A DNA stretch of 48,093 nucleotides from assembly GCA_046728035.1 (NCBI GenBank), contig JBKPDT010000160.1, positions 1-48,093 on the forward strand, written 5' to 3'. Under the pieces are notes generated by a model. That model did not search any database and was not told where the DNA came from. It saw nothing but the letters and a program-made list of their open reading frames with translations. Numbering within the stretch: the first letter of the stretch is position 1; each line of letters starts with the position of its first letter. This DNA is from Candidatus Methylomirabilota bacterium (GTDB lineage Bacteria; Methylomirabilota; Methylomirabilia; Rokubacteriales; CSP1-6). This document shows positions 9,787-17,898 of this stretch, in pieces. The position numbers and the translations under genes were made by a program.

Positions 9787-10997
9787 GGGACCCGGCCCCG
9801 GTGCTCGTCACCGACGCGCCCTCGAACGCGAACCTGGCCGTGGTGCGCTCGCTGGGCCGGCAGGGCATCCCGGTAGGCGTGTGCGGGTTCGAAGGCGAGT
9901 TCAACCTCTCCTTCCACTCCCGCTACGTCCAGGAGCGCGTCTTCCTGCCCTCTCCCGCTCGCGACCCCTCCGGATTCCTCGGCGGTCTCCGGGCGCTGCT
10001 CGTGACCGGCAAGTATCCGATCCTCTTCCCCACGACCGACCGGACCATACAGCTCGTCGCGGCGCACCGGGCGGAGCTTCCCGCCTGGATCCGCGTTCCC
10101 ATCGCGCCGCAAGCGGCCATCGAAACTGCGCTGGACAAGGAAGCCACGCTGACCCTGGCGCGGCGGCTCGGGGTCCCGACGCCCCGCACGTGGTGTCCGG
10201 CTGGCCCCGCCGCGCTCGAGCAGACACTCGGCGAGATCCGCTATCCCGTCATCGTCAAGCCGCGCCAGACCAATTTCCTCGGTGCCGACGGACGGCTCCA
10301 CAAGACGGGCTATGCCATCGTCGACGACGCCCCCGCGCTCGCGCGGGCCTATGCCGAGATCGACCGTGCGGTGCCGCGACCGCTGATCCAGGAGGTCGTC
10401 CAGGGGGACGGCGCAGGCGTCTTTTCGATCTGGGATCACGGGACGCCCCGCGCCTGGTTCGCGCACCGTCGCCTCCGCGAGGAGGATCCGCGCGGCGGGC
10501 GCGCCTCGGCGGCGACGAGTGTGCGGTGCGACCCGCGCCTCCGGGCCTGGGCGGAGCAGCTGCTCGGCGCGCTCGCGTGGCACGGCGTGGCCATGGTGGA
10601 GTTCAAGTGGGACGCCGCCACGGGCGCGGCGTGGCTGATGGAGATCAACGGCCGCTTCTGGGGCTCCCTGGCCCTTGCCCTCGCCGCGGGCGCGGACTTC
10701 CCCTACTGGCTGTATCGCCTCGCCAACGGCGAGCCGATCGAGGCCCCCGCCGACTATCCCGCCGGGGTGGTGGCGCGCGACCCCATCGCGGAGCTCAAGC
10801 ATTTCGTGCGCGTGCTCGCGCCCGGCCGCCGGAACGCCGGCGGCGGCGCTCCTTCCCGCTGGGCGACGCTCCGGCAGATGGGAAGCATCCTCCATCCCAC
10901 GCGGGACTCCTACAACTGGACGACGGACGATCCGGAGCCGGGGCGGCAGGAGTGGCGGCACCTCTTCCGACGGGCGAGAGGGCTCGCCAAGCCATGA
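9783..10997 (+). CDS. ATP-grasp family carboxylate-amine ligase
   Basis: ATG 9783 overlaps the upstream TGA (ATGA). Has 'YPVIVKPRQ', 'LIQEVVQGDGAGVFS' and 'GVAMVEFKWD...AWLMEINGRFWGS' (the E-x-N metal/ATP site). Confidence 0.75.
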   Translation: MRDPAPVLVTDAPSNANLAVVRSLGRQGIPVGVCGFEGEFNLSFHSRYVQERVFLPSPARDPSGFLGGLRALLVTGKYPILFPTTDRTIQLVAAHRAELPAWIRVPIAPQAAIETALDKEATLTLARRLGVPTPRTWCPAGPAALEQTLGEIRYPVIVKPRQTNFLGADGRLHKTGYAIVDDAPALARAYAEIDRAVPRPLIQEVVQGDGAGVFSIWDHGTPRAWFAHRRLREEDPRGGRASAATSVRCDPRLRAWAEQLLGALAWHGVAMVEFKWDAATGAAWLMEINGRFWGSLALALAAGADFPYWLYRLANGEPIEAPADYPAGVVARDPIAELKHFVRVLAPGRRNAGGGAPSRWATLRQMGSILHPTRDSYNWTTDDPEPGRQEWRHLFRRARGLAKP

Positions 10998-11806
10998 GGC
11001 TGCGCGGCGTCGCCCACGTGCACTCGACTTACTCGTACGATGGGTGCCATTCCCTCGCCGACCTGGCGGCCTTCTTTCGCGCCGAGGGCCTGGACTTCGT
11101 CCTCATGAGCGAGCACAACCGCGGCCTGTCGGATGCCATCATGGCGAAGCTCGCGGCCGAGTGCGCGGCGCTGTCGGACGCCCGCCTCCTCGTCGTCCCG
11201 GGACTCGAGTGTGAGGCGACGCCGGACTGGGTGCATGTCCTCGGCTACAACGTCAGCAGGTTGATCACCGCCCGTGAGGCCCCCGCCATCCTCGCGGCGA
11301 TCCGCGGCGCGGGCGGCTTCGCCGCGCTCGCCCATCCCCACTACCGGGACGCCTCCGCGCTCGTGGACCCGGGGACGTTGGCCGGCCTGCAGGGGTGGGA
11401 GGTATGGAATGGCAAGGCGGATGGAGGGCACGCTCCCCAGGCCAAGAGCCTGGATGTCTACGCGGAGCTGCGCCGGACCCAGCCACGGCTCATGCCGCTC
11501 GGGGGGGCCGACCTGCACCGGCTGGAGAGCTATCCCGGCATCTGTCTCGAGGTGGACGGCGCCGAGCGCACCGCCGGCGCCATCCTCTCCGCCCTGTCGG
11601 CCGGGACATACCGGGTGACAGGACGCGGCTTCGCCTTCTCGGCCGGAGAGCGCCTCGTCGGCTCGATGGTGCCCTCGAGCGGGTCGGCCGCGGGCATTCT
11701 GCGCACGCTCAAGCGCGGCGCGCAGCGACTCGACCGCCGCTTCGCGCGGGCCGGGCTCCGCATGCCAGAGTCGGTGTATCGCCTGATGCGGAGGCTCCTG
11801 CGGTGA
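10994..11806 (+). CDS. PHP-domain metal-dependent phosphoesterase
   Basis: ATG 10994 overlaps the upstream TGA (ATGA). Has 'GVAHVHSTYSYDGCHSLADLAAFFRAEGLDFVLMSEHN' (HxH ... EH PHP motifs) and 'ALAHPH'. Confidence 0.7.
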   Translation: MRLRGVAHVHSTYSYDGCHSLADLAAFFRAEGLDFVLMSEHNRGLSDAIMAKLAAECAALSDARLLVVPGLECEATPDWVHVLGYNVSRLITAREAPAILAAIRGAGGFAALAHPHYRDASALVDPGTLAGLQGWEVWNGKADGGHAPQAKSLDVYAELRRTQPRLMPLGGADLHRLESYPGICLEVDGAERTAGAILSALSAGTYRVTGRGFAFSAGERLVGSMVPSSGSAAGILRTLKRGAQRLDRRFARAGLRMPESVYRLMRRLLR

Positions 11807-12831
11807 CCGCCCCATTGAACGTCTCGACGTCCGCCCCGCCACAGTGGTCCGCGCTCCGGCCGGTCCCCTTTCAGTCGGAAGGGTTCGGGACTGCCATGGG
11901 CACCATGGGCTACCGCCCCCTGTACCTCCATGACGGCGCGCGCTGCGCCCTCGCTCTCGTGCGGGGGGCCCTGCCGGGGCTCGGCAATCTCACCGCCCGC
12001 GCCAATGTCTTCCTCGACGGGGCCGACGCGGCGTTCACGGCGGCCGCGCTCGGTGCCCTCGCCCGGCGCGGGATTCCCTACGTGAAGGTGGGGGACACCA
12101 TGTCCGGCGTGGCGTGGGAGTCGCTGCCGGCTGGCTGGGCCTTCGGCCACACGCGCATGATCCGGCGCCATACCTTCGTGCTCGACCTCACGCAATCCGA
12201 GGCCGCCCTGCTCAAAGCCATGGACGGGGCCGAGCGCAAGATTCGCAAGGCCGACCGCGAGGGCGTCGAGGTGCGCCCCGTCCAGTCCCGCGAGGAGCTG
12301 GCCGCCTATTGCCGGCTGTCGCGCGACACCTCGGAGCGCGTGCGCGCGCGCTCGGCGTACACCGACTTCCCCGACCGCTTCTTCGAGGATCTCTACCGCC
12401 TGCTCGGTGCCCAGGGCATCGCGCGCTTCTACGTCGCCTGGCACAAGGACGAACCCCTCGCCGGGTGCCTCTTCACGTGCTCGGACTCGACCATGCTCTA
12501 CTACCTGGGTGGTTCCACGCGCGACCGCGAGCTCACCGCCAAGCAGGCGCCCGCCGCGGTGTTCTGGCACGCGATCCGCGAGGCCAAGCGACTCGGCCTG
12601 TCGCGGTTCGACCTGGGCGGCTGCACGCCGACCGAGGATCCCCACGATCCGCGCCACGGAGTCTATACGTTCAAGAAGCGGTGGGGTGGTCGGCTCGAGA
12701 CGTTCTACAATCTCGATGTGGTGCTTTCGAGCATCCCCTACTATCTCCAGGAGCGCGTGCTCTCGCCGGTGTGGGACCGGGTCCATCCTTTGTACTTCCG
12801 GCTGATGGACGCCATGCGGTCGGCGCGATGA
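11803..12831 (+). CDS. FemAB-like (GNAT-fold, aminoacyl-tRNA-dependent transferase family) protein, PEP-CTERM-system-associated type
   Basis: GTG 11803 overlaps the upstream TGA (GTGA). Has 'FYVAWHKDEPLAGCLFTCSDSTMLYYLGGSTRDRELTAKQAPAAVFWHAIREAKRLGLSRFDLGG' and 'VYTFKKRWGG', as in FemAB/MurM-type peptide-bridge transferases. Confidence 0.75.
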   Translation: MTAPLNVSTSAPPQWSALRPVPFQSEGFGTAMGTMGYRPLYLHDGARCALALVRGALPGLGNLTARANVFLDGADAAFTAAALGALARRGIPYVKVGDTMSGVAWESLPAGWAFGHTRMIRRHTFVLDLTQSEAALLKAMDGAERKIRKADREGVEVRPVQSREELAAYCRLSRDTSERVRARSAYTDFPDRFFEDLYRLLGAQGIARFYVAWHKDEPLAGCLFTCSDSTMLYYLGGSTRDRELTAKQAPAAVFWHAIREAKRLGLSRFDLGGCTPTEDPHDPRHGVYTFKKRWGGRLETFYNLDVVLSSIPYYLQERVLSPVWDRVHPLYFRLMDAMRSAR

Positions 12832-14936
12832 CCTCCATGCCCGCGGTCGTGATGCTCCTTGCGGTGGCGAGCTGCCTGGTCCTCGCCGGCACCGCGCTCC
12901 TGCCCCGCTCGCGCGGCGGCGCGCGCTGGGGCTTCGCGCTGGGCATGCTGGGCCTCGCCCTCGAGACCGCGGCGAGCTGGGGCCTGCTCACCCTGACCGA
13001 CGACAGCGAGGGGCGGCAGCTCTACCTGCGGGCCTGGGCGGTGGCCGGCCTCGTCGCCCTGGTGCCGTGGGGCTATTTCATCGTGTCCCTCGGGTCGGGC
13101 GGGGGCCGATCCTCGCCCCGCCCGATCCGCCTCGCTCTCGCCGCTGGGAGCGTGGCCCTCCTGGCCGCCGCCGCCGCCGTGATCACCCTCCCCGCGTTCC
13201 AGATCACCGACGTCCCCGGCCCCTTCTACGCGGCGAGGCTGGAGTCTGTAGGTCGATGGGCGATCGTGCTCCAGGTGCTCGCCACCGCCGCGCTCCTGGG
13301 CGGGCTGGAGGCCTGCCTGCGGACGTCCAAGAGCGAGACGCGCTGGCGCATCAAGTATCTGGTGCTGGGGCTGGGCGGCGTCTTCCTCATGCGCTTCTTC
13401 CTCCTGAGCCAGATCCTCCTCTTCCAGGTCGTGATGGCGGTCTACCTCACCACCACCGCCGCCGCCCTTTTCCTCGGCAACCTGCTCGTGGGCGGCTCGC
13501 TCCTGCGCGAGCGGCTCCTGCTCGCCGAGGTCACGGTCTCGCGACGGGTCGTGTACCGGTCGGTCGTGGTCGGCGTGCTCGGCGTCTACCTCCTCGTGGT
13601 GGGCGCGCTGGGCTGGCTGCTGAGCCACCTCGGGATCCCCGAGGAGCTGTTCTGGGGCTCGCTGGTGGTCTTCGTCACCGCCATCGCGCTCGCCGCCATC
13701 CTGTTCTCCGAGAACGTGCGCTGGCGCTTCAAGCGCTTCATCGGCTTCCACTTCTACCGGAACAAGTACGACTATCGCGAGCAGTGGACCAGCTTCACCC
13801 GTCGGCTCGGGCCGCTGCCGTCGGAGGGAGATCTCGTGCGCGCGGTGCTCGAGGCGGTCACCGAGGCCGCGGGGGCGGCGCGCGCCGTGCTCTACCTGGT
13901 CGACGCGCGCGACGGGCAGTATCATCGGGCGGGCGCCGTGGAAGCCGACCGCGCTCCCGCCGTGCTGGCCCCGGGTCATCCCCTCATCCGCCGGCTCGAG
14001 TCCGCGGCGAGCGCCACCGTCGTCGGCGGGGCGGAGACGGAGGAGCCCGGGTCCGACAGCCGGAGCCTCGCCACCCAGTTCGCCGAGGGATCGGCGGCGG
14101 TGGCGCTGCGGTGGCGCGACCGTATCACCGGCGTCATGCTGATCGGGCCCGAGCGGACGGGCGCCCAGTACCACGCCGAGGACCTCGAGTTCCTCTCCAC
14201 GGCGGCCGACCAGGCGGCGGGCGCCGTCGTCACTGCCCAGATGTCGGAGCGCCTGGCGCAGGCGCGCGAGTTCGAGGCCTTTCACCGCCTGACATCCTTC
14301 GTGATCCACGACCTCAAGAACTCCATCTCCGCGCTCTCACTCCTCAGTCAGAACGCCCTCGAGCACTTCGACGACCCCGAATTCCAGCGTGACGCCCTGC
14401 GCACCCTGTCCCGCACGGTGGAGCGGATGCAGGGGCTCCTCGGGCGACTCTCGGCGGCCCCCGAGGCGGCGGAGCTGCGCCCCCAGCCGGTGGACCTCGC
14501 CGCCGTCGCGCTGGAGGCGACCAGGCCGGTGGGAGGGGGACGCGTGCAGCTCGTCAAGGAGCTCGCGCCGCTCCCGCCCGTCCCCGCCGACCCGGACGCC
14601 CTCCTCAGGGTGCTCCAGAATCTCGTGACCAATGCCGTCGAATCGGTGAAGGGCGAGGGGACCGTGACGATCCGCACCCACGAGTCCGAAGGGTGGGCGG
14701 TGTGCACGGTCACCGACACCGGCGGGGGGATGCCCGCGGAGTTCATCAAGACCGCGCTCTTCGTTCCGTTCCGCTCCACGAAGAAGGGCGGATGGGGCAT
14801 CGGTCTCTACCAGGCCAAGGGCATCGTCGAGGCACACGGCGGACGCATCGAGGTCACCAGCACCGTCGGCCGCGGCACGACCTTCACGGTGCGGCTGCCC
14901 ATCGAGCCGCATACTCCCGAGAGATCAGCCCCATGA
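12828..14936 (+). CDS. prsK: PEP-CTERM system sensor histidine kinase PrsK
   Basis: ATG 12828 overlaps the upstream TGA (ATGA). Has a long polytopic N-terminal region, a GAF-like middle, H-box 'SFVIHDLKNSISALSLL', N-box 'VLQNLVTNAVES', G1 'VTDTGGGMP' and G2 'KKGGWGIGLYQAK'. Confidence 0.8.
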   Translation: MTSMPAVVMLLAVASCLVLAGTALLPRSRGGARWGFALGMLGLALETAASWGLLTLTDDSEGRQLYLRAWAVAGLVALVPWGYFIVSLGSGGGRSSPRPIRLALAAGSVALLAAAAAVITLPAFQITDVPGPFYAARLESVGRWAIVLQVLATAALLGGLEACLRTSKSETRWRIKYLVLGLGGVFLMRFFLLSQILLFQVVMAVYLTTTAAALFLGNLLVGGSLLRERLLLAEVTVSRRVVYRSVVVGVLGVYLLVVGALGWLLSHLGIPEELFWGSLVVFVTAIALAAILFSENVRWRFKRFIGFHFYRNKYDYREQWTSFTRRLGPLPSEGDLVRAVLEAVTEAAGAARAVLYLVDARDGQYHRAGAVEADRAPAVLAPGHPLIRRLESAASATVVGGAETEEPGSDSRSLATQFAEGSAAVALRWRDRITGVMLIGPERTGAQYHAEDLEFLSTAADQAAGAVVTAQMSERLAQAREFEAFHRLTSFVIHDLKNSISALSLLSQNALEHFDDPEFQRDALRTLSRTVERMQGLLGRLSAAPEAAELRPQPVDLAAVALEATRPVGGGRVQLVKELAPLPPVPADPDALLRVLQNLVTNAVESVKGEGTVTIRTHESEGWAVCTVTDTGGGMPAEFIKTALFVPFRSTKKGGWGIGLYQAKGIVEAHGGRIEVTSTVGRGTTFTVRLPIEPHTPERSAP

Positions 14937-15823
14937 GCGGCAACGCGAACACCACCGACTTGACCGCCGCCCCCGCCGTCTCGGGAGCGGCCGGCGGTCG
15001 GGAGTGGCTGCTCCTGGGCATACCGTTCGCGGCGGCGCTCGTGCTCTACGCGCCGCTGCTCCCCGGCCTCGCCGCCGAGTGGACCGAGTTCCCGAGCCTC
15101 TCGCACGGCTTCGCCATCCCCGTGATCGCCGCCTACCTGGCTTGGACGCGGCGGAACCGACTTCGCGAGACGCCGATCCGGCCCTCCGTCTGGGGCCTGC
15201 CCGTGCTCGTCCTCGGCCTGGGCGCACTCGTGGTGGGGACGCTCGGCGACGAGTCGTTCGTGGCTCGCATCTCGCTGCCCGTGATCCTGTTGGGGCTCAC
15301 CCTCTTCCTGGCCGGCTGGCGGGTCCTGGCGCAGGTGTGGCTGGCCATCGCGTACCTTGCGCTGATGGTCCCCCTGCCCTATTCCACGCTCAAGCAGATC
15401 ACCTACCGCTCGCGGCTCTTCGACGCGGAGGTCTCGGCGTGGGCCCTCGGCGTGCTGGGGGTCCCCGTGCACCAGGATGGCGTCATACTCCATCTGCCGA
15501 ACATCGACCTCGAGGTGGCCGACGCCTGCAGCAGCATCCCCGCGATCGCCGCCCTCCTCTCGCTGGGGGTGGCCTATGCGTTCGTGAGCGGGCGCCCGCG
15601 CGCAGTACAGGTGTTGCTGGTCGCGGCCACGCTGCCGCTGGCCATCACCGCCAACATCATCCGTATCACGAGCGTGTCGTGGCTGGCCTATCAGGTCGGC
15701 CCCTGGACCCTGCAGACGAGCTACCACATGTTCAACGGGACGGTGAACTTCATGTTCACCTTCCTCCTCCTGCTTGCGCTCGACGCCACGCTGGGTAAGG
15801 TCGTGGCGCGGTGGCGGTCATGA
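14933..15823 (+). CDS. Exosortase (EpsH/Xrt family transpeptidase), subtype not assignable by eye
   Basis: ATG 14933 overlaps the upstream TGA (ATGA). It is polytopic and carries the signature residues 'SLSHGFAIP', Cys in 'EVADACSSIPAI', Arg in 'TANIIRITS' and His in 'SYHMFNG'. Confidence 0.85.
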   Translation: MSGNANTTDLTAAPAVSGAAGGREWLLLGIPFAAALVLYAPLLPGLAAEWTEFPSLSHGFAIPVIAAYLAWTRRNRLRETPIRPSVWGLPVLVLGLGALVVGTLGDESFVARISLPVILLGLTLFLAGWRVLAQVWLAIAYLALMVPLPYSTLKQITYRSRLFDAEVSAWALGVLGVPVHQDGVILHLPNIDLEVADACSSIPAIAALLSLGVAYAFVSGRPRAVQVLLVAATLPLAITANIIRITSVSWLAYQVGPWTLQTSYHMFNGTVNFMFTFLLLLALDATLGKVVARWRS

Positions 15824-16467
15824 GCCGCCAGGGCCGGTTCTTCCTCGTCGCAATGGTGCTGCTGGTCACGGCGGGCGCGGCGCTCGCCCTCCCGCGGGGC
15901 GCCCGTGATGTGCCGCTCTTGGCCCCGCTCGAGTCCCTCCCCACCACGCTCGGCGCCTGGCGGCCCGCGGAGCCGGCCGCCGACGAGATACTCCCGCGCG
16001 ACCCGCGGGCGGCCGAGAGTCTGGCGCGCGGGTACACGGACGGAACGCGCACGGCATGGGTCGCCGTCGGCTTCTATCCGAATCAGACCGAAGGCCAGCG
16101 GCCCGCGACGGGAAGGCTAGTCTTCCCCAGCAGCGGCTGGACGGACCTGAGCGAAGAGACGGTCTCGATCCCCGCGTCCGGCGCGGGCGCCTCCGCCCTG
16201 CCCGCGAACCTGGTGCGAGTCCGACGAGGCGACCGGCGCGTCGCGATTCTCTACTGGTACCATCTCCCGGGCGGGACGGTCGGGAGCGATCATGTCTACC
16301 GGGCGAGGCTCCTGTGGAACCGGCTCGCTCACCGCCGGGCCGACGGCGCGCTCGTGCGCGTCGCCATGCCCCTGCCGGCCGACCTGAGCCCGGCGGCGGT
16401 GGTCGCCGAGCAGGCCGAGTTCCTTCGGGTCTTTCTGCCCGAGCTCTCGCGGAGTCTCCCGCGCTAG
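15820..16467 (+). CDS. epsI: EpsI-family exosortase-associated protein
   Basis: ATG 15820 overlaps the upstream TGA (ATGA); GTG 15811 is an alternative start. Has the N-terminal anchor 'GRFFLVAMVLLVTAGAALAL', then 'LPTTLGAWRP', as in EpsI proteins. Confidence 0.7.
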   Translation: MSRQGRFFLVAMVLLVTAGAALALPRGARDVPLLAPLESLPTTLGAWRPAEPAADEILPRDPRAAESLARGYTDGTRTAWVAVGFYPNQTEGQRPATGRLVFPSSGWTDLSEETVSIPASGAGASALPANLVRVRRGDRRVAILYWYHLPGGTVGSDHVYRARLLWNRLAHRRADGALVRVAMPLPADLSPAAVVAEQAEFLRVFLPELSRSLPR

Positions 16468-16493
16468 CCGTCCCCCAGCAGAGGAGCGGATCC

Positions 16494-17858
16494 ATGAGCA
16501 AGCCAAAAGTGATGGTGGTGGATGACGACGAGGGCATCCGGACACAGCTGAAGTACGCCCTTCAGGACGAGTACACGGTGACCCTGGCGGAGGACCGTCC
16601 TCAGGCCCTGGCCCTCCTTCAGGAAGTGCAGCCCGCCGTGGTCAGCCTCGATCTCGGATTGCCGCCCGAGCCCGACGGCGCCGAGGAGGGGTTGAAGACC
16701 CTGGACGAGATCCTCCAGGCGGCGCCGCTCACCAAGGTCATCGTCGTCACCGGCAACAACGACCGCGCCAACGCGCTGCGCGCCATGCAGCTCGGCGCCT
16801 TCGACTACCACCTGAAGCCCATCAACCTTCCAGAGTACAAGGTCGTCGTCCGTCGCGCCGCCTTCCTCAGCGACCTCTCGCGGGAGAGCGAGGCGGCCGC
16901 CCGCACGGACGAGCAGGCCGTTCGCTTCGAGGAGATCATCGGCAAGACCACGCGCATGCGCGAGATCTTCTCGCTGGTCCAGCGCGTGGCCAAGACCGAC
17001 GCCACGGTGCTCATCGAGGGGGAGAGCGGCACGGGCAAGGAGCTGATCGCGCGGGCCATCCACCACCGGAGCACCCGGCGCGACGGCCCGTTCGTCGCCA
17101 TCAACTGCGGGGCGATCCCGGAGACGCTCCTCGAATCCGAGCTGTTCGGCCACGAGCGGGGCGCCTTCACGGGGGCCCATGTCCAGCGCAAGGGCAAGTT
17201 CGAGATGGCCGAGCGGGGCACCCTCTTCCTCGATGAGATCGGAGAGCTCCCGTTGACCCTGCAGGTGAAGATTCTGCGCTTTCTGCAGGAGCGCACGGTG
17301 GAGCGGATCGGCGGCCGCCAGCCGATCGCGGTGGACCTGCGAATCATCGCCGCGACCAACCGCGACTTGAAGGCGCATCTCGAGCGGGGTCTCTTCCGCG
17401 AGGATCTCTACTATCGGCTCTCGGTGGTGCGGGTGGAGGTCCCGCCGCTGCGGGAGCGGGCCGAGGACGTCGTGATTCTCGCCAACGCGTTCCTGAGCCG
17501 CGCGGTCAAGGAGCAGCGGCGATCCGTGCGATTCGGGCCCCGCGCGCTCCAGTCCCTGCTCGCCTATGCCTGGCCGGGTAATGTCCGGGAGCTCGAGAAC
17601 CGGGTGAGCCGGGCCGTCATCATGACCAAGGGCCGGATCATCGAGCCCGCCGACCTGGACCTTGCCGCGGTGGACGCGACCGCCGAGCAGGGGTCGCTGC
17701 GGGAGACTCGCCAGCGGGTGGAGCGGCAGACCCTCGTCGAGGTGCTCAGCCGCAACCGGGGCAACGTCAGCCAGGCCGCGCGCGAGCTGCGGATCAGCCG
17801 GCCGACCCTCCACGGGCTGCTCGACAAGCACGAGATCAACGCCAAAGATTTCCGCTGA
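16494..17858 (+). CDS. prsR: PEP-CTERM-box sigma-54-dependent response regulator PrsR
   Basis: The RBS GAGGAG (16481-16486) lies 7 nt before the ATG. Has REC 'KVMVVDDDEGIR...VVSLDLGLPP', AAA+ 'GESGTGKE', the sigma-54 contact loop 'GAFTGA', and the Fis-type HTH 'NVSQAARELRISRPTLHGLL'. Confidence 0.85.
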   Translation: MSKPKVMVVDDDEGIRTQLKYALQDEYTVTLAEDRPQALALLQEVQPAVVSLDLGLPPEPDGAEEGLKTLDEILQAAPLTKVIVVTGNNDRANALRAMQLGAFDYHLKPINLPEYKVVVRRAAFLSDLSRESEAAARTDEQAVRFEEIIGKTTRMREIFSLVQRVAKTDATVLIEGESGTGKELIARAIHHRSTRRDGPFVAINCGAIPETLLESELFGHERGAFTGAHVQRKGKFEMAERGTLFLDEIGELPLTLQVKILRFLQERTVERIGGRQPIAVDLRIIAATNRDLKAHLERGLFREDLYYRLSVVRVEVPPLRERAEDVVILANAFLSRAVKEQRRSVRFGPRALQSLLAYAWPGNVRELENRVSRAVIMTKGRIIEPADLDLAAVDATAEQGSLRETRQRVERQTLVEVLSRNRGNVSQAARELRISRPTLHGLLDKHEINAKDFR

Positions 17859-17898
17859 CCGGCCCTCGCGCCTGCCCGACACCCGGGCGGCACGGGAG

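Noticed and set aside
4214-16493. Long N-terminal extensions given by the ORF track (starts at 4214, 5841, 7145, 7447, 9225, 9725, 11395, 12114, 14693, 16056)
   Set aside because: Each extension runs through the preceding gene in another frame and is Arg/Pro/Gly-rich. In every case an ATG or GTG forming an ATGA/GTGA overlap or a short overlap with the upstream stop gives an N-terminus typical of the family.
17872-17890. Hairpin (7-bp stem, one G-T pair, 5-nt loop) between the convergent prsR and beta-helix gene ends, as a possible bidirectional terminator
   Set aside because: No U/T tract is present on either side. Short GC stems of this kind are frequent in such GC-rich DNA, so this is insufficient to call a terminator.
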